64,000 nt of DNA, taken from assembly GCA_905178155.1 (NCBI GenBank), contig CAJINV010000005.1, positions 7,680,989 to 7,744,988 on the forward strand, in the 5' to 3' direction. The stretch is from Amoebophrya sp. A120. Taxonomy: Eukaryota > Protista > Dinoflagellata. The translations under genes were made by a program, and so were the position numbers. Position 1 is the first letter of the stretch, and each line of letters starts with the position of its first letter. The notes under the pieces were generated by a model that had not been told where the DNA came from, made no database searches, and worked only from the letters and a program-made list of their open reading frames with translations. Shown here piece after piece: positions 1 to 12,100 of this stretch.

Positions 1-170
1 TTGTCATGCTCCAATCAGCATGAGATACTAGATCTGTAATGCTGCTGAACTAGCTCAAACAGCACCACACTACGCGTCCAAATTTGTCATGCCAAACAAC
101 CAAAGCTGTGTGATTTGTCTAGCACATTCCCCATGTTGACTCTGGTGTGGGGACGTTTTTACACAGGATA
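1..170. mobile_element. Introner family D (partial, window edge)
   Basis: Right TIR GGGACGTTTTTACACAGGATA. Confidence 0.85.
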
Positions 171-3100
171 GTTCCTGCTCCATCTTTTGTCTCTCCTGCT
201 GCTCGCGCAGAAACTGCTCCTCCTCCAATTATGCATTCGCAAATACCATGTCTGGGTCTGGAAGATTGTCACGCATCATCTGTAGGACTAGGATCTATCA
301 CACAGTAGATGGTGGTCGTCTGGAATGCGAATGCACGAAAGCGCGTCACATACTACGGAAGAGCTTCGTAATTTAATTACGAAGCTCTTTCCGCATGAGA
401 GATTCGCCCTTTGTATCGGGAGTTGTGACGGACTTTTCTTTGGCGTTCACGCAAGAACACATACTTGTGTACGATCTAGACTTGGCATGACATTGACAAG
501 TTCCAGACGCAGACATATTTATTAGTTTGCAGTGGATACCAATCTTTCCCGGGCAATTCTCATCCGCACCTCGTCCTGTTTCGAAAAGCGCTCCTGCCAC
601 TCCTTATCGCAAGAAAAAACTGCTTCACTGTAAACTTGTGATGCATAAAATGGAACGCAAACGCGTTTGTCTTGCTATACATGCAAGACATTGGCTTTTT
701 CAGTGTGTTTTCCATTGCGAAGTACGCATGGCAAGTTTTCTTTGCCATGTGTAACAAATTTGTCATACAAAACTTGCAAAATCCTTACAGTGAAACAGTT
801 TTTTCTCACGATACTCCTCCGGTAGAGAGTAGTGTTCCAGCCACTGTTGCAACAAAGCCGACTCCATCGCCTTCATATTCTTCTTTTCCGCGATTGTCAG
901 CCGCGGGTCGTGAATCCGGCACGCCGGCTATCCTGAGTAAAAACGTCCCTACCGCAGAGTTGTCAGGCAAATCTGCATGCCAAAAAAGTTTGTCATGCGG
1001 AGCGCGATGAGAGGCATTCTCTAGTAGCCATGTTCTGGAATTTGTGATGCTATAATCAGCATGATAGGCTAGATCTGTGTTGCTGCTGAACTACTTAAAC
1101 AGGATTAAGATTACACTACAAGGAAAAACTTGCCATGCCAAACGACCAAAGCTGGTTGATTTGTCTAGCAGATTTCCCATCTTAACTCTGCTGATGTCGG
1201 GACGGTTTTACAAATGATACCGGGCGCTTCACATTTCTGTCCTCGATTTTCCAACCCCGGTGCAGCGCCGGGGGGTCCACGCTGCCTTTCAACTTCTGCC
1301 GGGTCATATGGATTGCAAAAGTGTCTGGGTCTGGAAGAGTGGAACTTGTAATGCTGTCTGCGGATTCTAAAAATATCTGTGTTGCATGAGCAGCAAGAGG
1401 AGTCAGTTCTTGGCACGCGGAAAGGGGGGCTTTTCTCATGCGTAATTAGCATCAAGAAGCTCTGCTCAAAAAATCTGTGATGCTAGTACCAGCATCACAG
1501 ACCTCACGAATCATGCAAAATGTGCATGACAAGTCTCGACTCTTCCAGACCCAGACATTTTTGCAGTTGATAGGTCACGGCGCACGCCATCAACGCTTGG
1601 TTGTTCTCGAGGTGGTGTTCGTATCGACAGTAAATTTCCCGTACACGTAAGTACAAATGCGGTATCTGCATGACAAAATTGGGCTTCGATCCTAGTTTAG
1701 CATGACAAGTGTTACACTCCAAATTGGTGAAATTTGTGATGTATCTTGTACATGTACGGAAAATTTGTATTGCATAGTTCGAGCTCCAAAAGCTCTAGTC
1801 CGTACCGGTAATGCTCCCCGTGACACTCCTTCATCTTCGCCAACAGCTCTGGTTCCAGTTCAATCGGTCTACTGAGGTACAAGAACGAATCCTTCCACTG
1901 CGGGAAGGCGAAGCTCAGGGTCGTTTGCATCGCTTTGATCCGTTCGAACAAGTAGTTGCAGAGCGGTTGGTTGTATCAAATGTAACAATGTCTGGGTCTG
2001 GAATGTTGCCGGGTTTGTCATGCATATTTTGCATGACCCAGGACGTCTGTAATGCATGGCCAAGCATTACAGATTTTTAGAGGACTTCCTGATGCCTATT
2101 CCGCATGACAAATGCCGTCCCCGCGTAGCACAAACTCGACTCCTCTTGCTGATCATGCAATACAGATTTTTTTAGAGTTCAAAGTTAGCATCACAAGCTT
2201 CAACATTCCAGACCCAGACACTTTTGCACTTGATAGGTTGTCCGGCGCGCCACCGTCCACGTCAATATCCTTTAACGGGTTTCCGAGCAAGGCCCGCATG
2301 CACGCCGCCGAAGCCATTTTGATCAGTTCACACGCGTACCCACCCTCGGAGGAAAGAATCACGTTCTTGCAGTGGTACATCAAGTACCGGATAATCGTGC
2401 CGTAGACTTGGGGCGACCAAGCCTGGTCACACCCCGGACACGATTGCTCCAGTCCGGTCTGTTTGTTGAATAAAGTTTTTGAATTTATGTATAAACATCA
2501 ACGCCCCGAACCACCTAGAACATGGGAGGTCGCAAGGACATGACAACGCCCAGAATTATTGTACATCATTGTTTGATGTTGATTTTGATTCGCTATTTAA
2601 GTGCATGCAAATTTTTTCGTGGTACAGTTTCAAGTTTAGAAAGCAAAATCCTATACCCCCATTTCGTGGGTCTGGTACAACAGTTTCAAGTTTTTTAGGT
2701 AGAAGTAGAAAGCAAAATGCTATACCCCCAGCGCATCGAATCCGAGCGGGACTATGATCGTGTCCGGCATGTAAGTCCGCAGCAAGGGTAGAATCACCTT
2801 TGTCAAAATCTGTACGATCGCAAAATCACCGTCACCAAACATCATGTTGATGTTGATATTGTACCCCGCCCCCTCGTATGCCTTGCAAAAGTATTGTATC
2901 GTGCTAGTATAAATTGCATTACAAATTTTTTCTGAAAGAAAGCTGGAATTTGTAATGCTAATTCAGGTAAAAAGGTAGGCTTGTCATGCAAGATCGCAAT
3001 TAGTACGAGTACGATACTTTTGCACTGCATACCTCGCCCGACCCGCTAAACGCCACCATGCCCATGTTTTCGTAGTTCAGCTGGCCGTATCAAATGTAAA

Positions 3101-6100
3101 AGTGTCTGGGTCTCCTGGAAACTTGTGATGCTGGGTGGCGTCTCATGATGAGGCTACAAATACTGGCCCCGCATGACAAGTGTCTGAGCTCCTAGGTATT
3201 GCCTATTCTGCATGACAAACTGCGCTTCTGCATCACAGAAAAACGCAGCTCTTGGATAACGTGCGTGACAAATTTAAGAGTCATGCCAGACAAGCATGAC
3301 AAACATGAATTCTTCCAGACCCAGACATTTTTACAGTTGATAGGCCACGATGCGTCGAGATGGTCAGCACGTTCCCGTCATTGTAGTGCGCCACCTGCGT
3401 TCCGTTTCCGTGATGGGTGTCAATGTCGATGATCGCGACTTTTGGCTTTGTGAACTGCTTCAGCTTCGTTTTCACCTCGGGGAGGAACGAAGATCCCTGT
3501 GCAGGTGGTACTTCTTGGGCGGCGCCAGATGGGGTCGCGCTGCCGCTCCGGATTAATGGAGCTGCTGTTGTTCCGGTTCTTCCACTCAATACGGACGACG
3601 TTTTTGCCTTGATGCTAGAAGAGGACGCAGCAGCAGCAGCTGCTCTCCCGGTTGAAGAAGATGTAGTACCGTCAGCGCCATCTTTCATTCCCAAAACCTT
3701 CTCAGACACCAGCATGACTGAATTTTCTTTAAACTTCGCCGCAAACTCCTCATAATTTTCTCCCGAACGCTTGTGCAGCAGTTTGGTGGCGTAGGCGTAC
3801 GCCTGGACATGGCCGAAGCCCGCGCCGTATCACATGCAAATGTGTCTGGGTCTGGAAGAGTGCGCGATCTGTCATGCAGCTTTTCCATGACCCATCAGGT
3901 CTGGAATGCAGTACCCAGCACGACAGATCCTGTGCGACCTCTCTCATGCATATCCTGCAGGAGAAACTCCCTCCCGACTTGGTCAAAACTGGACGACTTT
4001 TGGTAATCATGCAACACAGATTTTCGTTTGCTTCAGATTTAGCATGACAAGTTGCTCTCTTCCAGACCCAGACGTATTTGCAATGCATACGCCGCCCTCA
4101 TCGCCATCTTGAATCATGAACCCGCCACCGGTCTTCACGTAGGTGAGCTCTTTTTTCCGCTTAGATGTATGGGCTACGTGTTGTAGTTGTTGATGCTCCT
4201 GGGCGTTTGTAATGTTGCTCGTAGCGGATGAAGCTGGTCCAGCTACAGCTGCAAGGGGTTTGCTATTCTGGCGCTGCTGGTGTTGCGATAGAGAAGTAGT
4301 TTGGTTTTTAGTAGTATTCGGGGCAGGTACAACCGGTAGAGATGAACTGGCAGAATGAAGCGCAGATGAGGACCCAGGGACCTGTTGTGCCACCTGGAAA
4401 GGAGATGAGTCCGGGCGTGAAGCTGATACCGCAGCAACCGCCTCAGAACGGCGTTTGTTGGATGTGGTCTTCATAATATTTGGAACTGCTGGGACGTCCA
4501 CGTGGTCCCCAGAAGTTGTAGTTGCTGTGTGTGTATTGCCAGGAAATGCCGCGCCTGCAGATGCCGAGGAAGCGGCAGATGCTGAGCCAGATGCTGAGGA
4601 CGCATGCGCTACCACTTCAGGTCGTGCTGCTACTGGCGAAGGTCCAGAGCCTGCTTGCTCGTCAAAGTCTCCACCATGATCTACTACTTCCTGTTGCTCC
4701 TGTTTTAGTCTGATTTCCTTGACCACCTTCGAGAATTCCACATCTCCAAGCTCCTTTTGCTATGCACTGAAAAAGCATCGCACTCGTAGCAATCGTAGGC
4801 ATGGTGCACTTTGAAGGGAAACCCGCATTACAAATTGCGTTTGTCAAATTCGAGAGAATTTGTCATGCGCTTTATACTAGAAGTACGATGTTGCTTTTGC
4901 ATTGCATATCTTCCACCACTTCGCCAATTCCTCCTGCCGCATTGCCTCCATGATGTTTTCCTTTTCCTTTCTCGAAATCATTTTCTTCTTCTCTTTAGTC
5001 GCCTTCTTGTTTTGCTTCTCAATCTCCTTCGAACTGTGATTTTGCATGTTCCACACATACTCCGATAAGCGCCGGCGCTTGTGATCTTTATTACTGCAAT
5101 CCTCATTCGGAAAGTAGATTTTTTGCAGCTCGTCATCGATTGAATCGTCGATTTTTTGCATATCATCGTCTTCATCAGCCTTCGGTAGTGCGTCGTCAAC
5201 ATCTTCTTCTTCGCGCCCTGGAATGTTGTCACCGTCATCGCCCACTGGTCGTGGGTTACCCTTCTGCCTCTTACTCGCGGGAGGAGGTGCAGAGCCTCCT
5301 TCTTCAAGATCTTCCTCGTCGTCGGGATTGATTTCCTCCTCGTCCTGCCCCAGCTCGTCTGCACTAGCAGATACATCGCTGCCGGCATAATCTGAAGGCG
5401 TGTTGTTGACTCCATTATCCCCGCCCGGTTTGGTCTCATGCTCGCCCTCAATCAGTCGGCTCGCAACGTCAAACATGGACTCGATCGGGTAGGATTCGTC
5501 GATAGAAGTTGTACCTCGTCCGCCTATCAGTTCCCCTCCTGCTTCTAGGTTGAACAGGTCTTCTTCAACTACATGATCTTGCGTGTAGAATGGATGGCGG
5601 CCTATTATTTGTTCAACACGACCACAACTTCTATCAGGACGACCCATCACGTCGCTCATCTCCGGACTGCTTTCCAGCGCGTAGTTGTGCTCCGCCTCGA
5701 ATAAGTTGCCCGGAGAGTTATTTGGGAGTAGAAGGTTTGATGCAGCCTCGTGTTCCTTATCGAGGGCGAGTAGTTCTTGCCTGTCGTTTTTAGTGTTCCT
5801 ACCGCTGCTTCTGGTTCTATTCATTTTCATCTTCCCGGAGGACGATGCTTTATTTTTGTCCTCAACCTGCCCGGAAGATCCACCTCGCGAAGATGACAAT
5901 GCGCCCCGGTTGCTGCTCGAGTTGTTCGGAGACGATGAGGAGGAGAAAACATGTTCTTGACCATGATCCGCAGCCGCGGCCTGCAGCTCTATCAGTCTTT
6001 TCTGCAGTACCAATCCCCGCGGCGCCACGGCCGGCTTGATCTCGACGTTATGGTCCATCGGCCGGGTTTGGTTCAACACGTCAAAAGCCGCACTGCTGAT

Positions 6101-9100
6101 GTCTCGGTGCTGCCGGAAACTTTCCGTGTTCGTCTCGTAGTACGGCAACACATAAAATTGCCACAGCAGCTCGTGCGCAATAGCGCAGGAGTAAGACTTC
6201 GGATTGTCGTAAGTCTTTTCGTGTGAACCAAAGCCGTAGTCCTTTTCCCGCTCCGGCTTGTAGTTCAGATAGGCTAGTTTTTCGTAACACCACAAGTACA
6301 CCTTATCGCTCATAGATTTTCGGTGTTTTTTCACCGCAAATTGGTGGAGGAAATACAGCACGAGCTGCGCCGGGGTTTTCAAGTATTTGGAGGAAGATAT
6401 GTACTTGTTGTACTCCGTGTTTTTCCTCGTGAAAGTTTCAATCCGCGTGAAAATCTTCTCCATCATTTCCCGGTGACTCCCCAATCGCCGATAATTGATG
6501 TAGTTGGTCAGATCACTGTTTTCCTGCATGAGCTGTTTTTTCAAACCGTCCCGCTCCCTTTTCTCCCGGTTTTCTCGAAGCCGGTAGCCGTTCGGCCGTT
6601 TCGGGATGACCCCATTCCAGATGTTCGCTCCAGCAATCCAGGTGTTTGTGGCAGCGGTAGAAGTAGTGGTGATAGAAGTTGTTGTGTTACTACCCACCTG
6701 TTGATGTAGTTGTTTCGCATGCATTTTTGCCGCGACCTCCTGTTCTGAAGAGGGGGAAACGGAGCTGTCATTCACCAGATTGGACGAAGAGGTCAGATTC
6801 GGCTGGTCACCAGGCGGAACCACACCGCCGGAGCTTATAGGTGACAGGTTCGAAGTAGAACCATTGGACTTTTTCATCAGTTGCAGCTGCTGTTGATGTA
6901 GTTCCCTTTCCTGTTCTATCAAATGCAAAAGTGTCTGGGTCTGGAAGACTGGAACTTGTGATGCAACCTTTGGACAACTCTTCTACATAAAATCTGTATT
7001 GCATGAACAGCAAAAGAGGTGTAATTCGTGCTACGCGGAGAGGGCATTTCTCATGCTGTATGAGCATCAGAAAACCCTCGCAAAATCTCTCATGCTAGGG
7101 CATGCATCACAGACCTCATGGGGCATGCAAAATATGCATGACAAACTCCTGCACTTTTCCAGACCCAGACATTTTTGCAATCCATATGTTCTTGTTTCAA
7201 TTTCGCTGCGGCGGCGGCGGCTAGGGCCGCTTTCGATTTCGCTTTCGCCTTGGCTTTCACCTTCGCCTTCGCTTTCGCGCGGGGTTGCGGAGGACCTGAT
7301 AGCGTGCGATGAATTCATTTCATTTGCGAGATATTACGCATGACGAGTCTAATTGTTCTAGCAGATCCCCGCCCATGACAAAACATCGTCATTCTCATGC
7401 TAGATCATCATGAGTCGGCATATCATTTCTCAAAATAGATCATCCTGATATGTAAATACCGTCGGCATATCTCTCCCACACTTCCTCTTCCTCTATCCGC
7501 CTTAACTGCTGGGCAATTTCTTCGTGCCGTTTCATAATTTGCCCGATGTCCTTCTCTGCATTTCTATTATGCATTGCAAAAGCATCACACTATGTATAAA
7601 CTGCATGACAAACTTTGCCAAGTAGAAGAAAATTGGGCTCTACTGTAATGCTGTCGATTTACCAAACATAGAGGATTTGTGATGCATCGCTGCAAAAGCA
7701 AATGCAACTTCTACGAGTACGATGCTTCTGCAATGCATAGCTATACCGGTACATCAATTCCTTCTCCACTTTCACCATTATCCAAGAAAAAAACTGTGTA
7801 AGTGTAACTTTGTGTTGCAGAAAATGCGAAACTGTTACACTCCTCATGCTGGGCATGCGTCAGAGGCTATTTTCGTACGTGTTTTCAAGTACTAGCTACG
7901 CATGACAGGTTTTCTGCGTCATGCAGAGCAAACTTGTGATGCTATTCTTCCAAGAGAGTTACACTTACACAGTTTTTTCCTTGCATAACCATCAAGTCCC
8001 CCTCAATCGGCAGCTTTTTCATCTGAAACAGGTTCATCTCCATCGCAACCCGTTGTTTCGGTGTCAGCGGCGTATCCAACCCGGATTCCCCCTTGGAAGC
8101 GCCAAAGCCGAGCTGGCGTGCGAGAATGAAGGGAAAGTTCTCGTCGGATTTTCTCGCGATCCGGAAGGTTCTGTCGAGAAGGTAAAACGCGGCGCCGGCG
8201 TCGGTCGGCTCGTCCTTTTATCCTCATGAAAAACGTCGTCCCCGTTGTTCCAGAGTCAGGTTGGGAATTTAGCAACACAAGTCCAGAAACCTCGCAAGCC
8301 ACGCATGACAACTTCCTCAACTTCCAAAACACGTACACGACTGAAAAAAATGCTTCGCATACAACGCGTAGGAGTGCGATTTTTTGCAAATGCTCCTGCG
8401 ATTGCAAATCTGCACGACAACTCTAGGGTCGTGAGGACGTTTTTGCTTGGGATACAGTTCTATGAACTGCAAAAGTATCGCACTCGTATAAATGCATGAT
8501 AAATTCCCTCAGCATGAGAAATAAAATTTGTAATGCGGATTTACCTTGAGAAAAAAATTTGTAATGCATGACTGCAATTACTACGAGTACGATACTTTTG
8601 CACAGGATAAGTTCGCCAGATATTTTCCACCTTGTCGAGGTTGTACAATGCCTCTTCCTCTCGCAGCATCTGCGCTAGCAGCATGGTTTATGAGAGTGCA
8701 CAACCCCCCCTCCCCCTTATTTGATGTATGGCATGAGCAGCAATACAAACACCAGCACACATAGAGCCTATGCATGACAAAGTTATGTGCCTTGTGTAGT
8801 AGTACTGTTTAGGCCGCTTCCGGACTTTGTCATGCATACTAGTGAAAGAAGGTACCGAATTGGACTTGGGATTTTGCATGAGAAATGAGAACAAGGGGGA
8901 GGTCGTGCGCTGTCATATGGTTTCCTCCCGGACCGTGAGGTTGCTGCAGGGTTTGGAATTCCGATGCCCCTTCGGCACGTTCTGCTCGGGTTGGTTACAG
9001 ATCTTCTGGTTGATTGTGATTTCGTGGTACCCCGCCTGCGTCATTTCCTCGATGACATTTGTTTTCCGCCAGAAGTGCACTTCAAACTGTTTTTGTTTCA

Positions 9101-12100
9101 TCGTGTTAGCAGCTGGGGTGGAAGTAGAGGAGGAAGAAGCTAGCAAGTGCAAGTTGTCCTGTTTCCCTGACGATTGCTTGACGTGGGAGGAGTTCATCTT
9201 CGAGGAAGAATGATTCCCTCTTGATGAAGAAGACGAACTCACCGCGGCGATGGCTTTGTTTGTGCTGTCGAAATCCGTTGCATCTGCATCTTCTACCTCC
9301 CGCCACCCGTCCCACTCACCGGACGGATCGGCGTTGTGGGCGTGGTTGTAGATGCCGAGGTCTTCGTGTTCCATTTCCTCGAGGATGTGATATGCAAGAC
9401 AAAAACTGTGTAGGTCTGTGATGCAAAAAATGCAAAATAGTATACACTTTTCATGCCAGACACCCATGAGCTCCTCTTTTCATGTGTGTTTTCACGTACT
9501 AGCAGTGCATGACAGGCTTTCTCTGTCATGCAGAGCAAATTTGTGATGCTGGCACTCAAAAAGATCTACACTAACACAGCTTTTTCCCTGGATATTTGGG
9601 CTTCGGAAATCAATTCCGTGGTCATCAGGTTCAAACCCCGGAGGGGGTTCTTCTTGTTGGTGTTTCGAGAAGTCGTGCCCATTTCATTTCCAGTACTTGC
9701 GGCACTTCTCGGCGAGGCAGGACTTGTTTCTTGAAAAAGCCTATGAATTGCAAAAGTATCGTACTCGTATAAAAAATGCATATACAAATTTCCTCAGCAT
9801 GAGGGATAAAATTTGTAATGCTGATTTGCCTTAAGAGACAGACTTGTGATGCATGATTGCAATACGAGTACGATACTTTTGCACAGGATAAAGCCCCGCC
9901 TGCTCCCCCAAACAGTCGACCAAATCCACTAACTCGTCTATCGCAAGAAAAAACTGCTTCACTGTAAACTTGCAATGCATAGAACGGAACGCAAATCCGT
10001 TTGTCTTGCAGCTACACATGCAAGACGTTGGATTTTTAGCTGTGTTTTCTCTACTTAGGGAGCACGGATGCCAAGTTTTCTTTGTCATGTGTAGCAAACT
10101 TGTGATGCAGACCTTGCAATAAAATCATCACAGCGAAACAGTTTTTTCGTGGGATATCGTCCCCGAAATTCTGGAAATTCGCCGCCAAGGAGCCGACTCG
10201 ACGAGGATTCAAAATCTTTTTCAGCACAGCAAACAACTCCTGCTTCTTCTCGATTTTCGTTTTCTCCATCTCCAGAAGTTTATTCTTCAGCTCCCATAGT
10301 TGCAATTCCTTCTTGCTCTGCTTCTTTTTGGATGACGGTCGTGCATTATTTTTCGTGTCATCTACTACTCCGGAAGCTGAAGCAGTAGATTTTTTCGCAT
10401 GATCCGTCTTCCGCCGTTTCAGCGACGGAGTATTAAGAGAACTACTGTGGAGCTGGTCATCCTCCTCGTCGTTGTTGTTCTTACCGGACAGTCGTACTTC
10501 TGACCTCATGTTCTTGCGAGAAGATGTGGAGTTATTGCGGCCTCTACCCCGCGACCTTTCGGAGGACGGTTTTCCACTGGAAGGGGGTTGGAGTTGTGGC
10601 GCAGCATCACCTGAGGACGAACCTCCACCAGACACCAAACTTCTGTTGCTACTCGGAGAAGATGAAGAAGTTGTCGATTTCGTATGATGAAAATCCGCCG
10701 AGTTGTTGTACAATTTGACCACCGACAGCCCTTTCCTCTCCCATATGGCGTTCTCAAGTGTCACACTCTCTAGCTGTTGCATGATTTGCCACGCAAAACC
10801 ACAATCAGAATCGACACCATCAAGCTGCTTCGCGTGACAAATTCTCAGAGGGCCAAGCAGGCTGATAATCGGCGCCAAATCTGTCATGCAAGACGCGCAA
10901 GATCTCTCCTATCACTTTTGTCATTCTTGCGCCACAAATTCATGTAGCACTTGAGAGTGTAACAGTTGAGAGCGCCATATCCCAGTACTCCAACCTCGCT
11001 TCCTGACAGTCGTACCCCCCCGCCATTTTTGGCCCGCGGAGGTTCGTGTCGCACTCCGGCCATTTGTCCACATAAAATTCGTTGTTGTTCTTCCGATTCT
11101 CGTCGACATAGAGGAATAGTTCCTCACCACTGAGTCTGACTTTCTTCCGATACCCGGTTTTCATGGTAGAGCCTAAGATCGTCACACAGATGTCGTACAT
11201 GGAAAAGGCCTTTTTCCGGTCGCAGAAGTGTTCCGGGCAAAAGTACGCCCAGAAATTCCAGGAGTGGAAGTCCCAGTACTCGGTGAACCCCGGATTGTCG
11301 CCGTTGTAGCGGTAAAAACTTTGTAGTCGGTCGAGAAATATCCTGTGCAAAAGTATCGCACTCGTATAAATGCATTACAAATTTCCTCAGCATGAGAAAG
11401 TTTGTCATGCGGATTTAGCTTTAGAAAAGAAATTTGTAATGCATGACTGCAATTACTACGAGTACGATACTTTTGCAATGCATAAGAAACTCGGTTGTGA
11501 GATACGCCAGGGTCGTCGTGTTTTCGTCTTCAAGAATCTCGCTGGAGGTGTCGTTGTCGCTACTAGAACCTGCGGCCCGGCTTGATGTTTGGGGGTCGCT
11601 TTTGTTTATCTTCAGGGGGTCGCTACTAGATTTGGATTTGGAGGCAGATGAAGCTGCCTTCCCGGCGGCCGCCGAGGTTGACTCTACTACTACTGGCTCG
11701 ACGACCTCGAGGCCGACTGACTTTCTACTGATACTCGTTAACTTGTCGCTGGAGAGCAGATCTTCTTTCGGAGATTCTTCTGAGATGCTGGTGTTCTTCT
11801 TGCCATTTTGGTTTATTTCCTTCGCATTCACATCCTGATTCTGTTGTTGTACTAGCAACATCTTCCGCAGTGAGTCAAGAAGCTTCAAGACTTGGTCGTG
11901 GGAAGAAGAAGAAGCAGTGTCTTGTTCATGGAGGAGATGACGACCACTTCTGTTCTCTTGCCTCTTGTTGTTCCACCATGTAAAAGATGTCGTGGTCGCT
12001 TTTCCTTGCAGTTCCTTTTTATCAAATGTAAAAATGTCTGGGTCTGGAAGAATGCAACTTGTCATGCATATTTTCCATGCCTCATGAGGTTTGCAATGCA

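Larger units (their letters stand above)
1880..3830 (-). other. C-terminal half of HDAC catalytic domain (Zn ligands DxH and GFD, catalytic Tyr in EGGY)
   Basis: Spliced translation: IIDIDTHHGNGTQVAHYNDGNVLTISTHRG...GSGEGAGYNININMMFGDGD...PDTIIVPLGFDALG...VILSSEGGYACELIKMASAACMRALLGNP. Confidence 0.92.
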
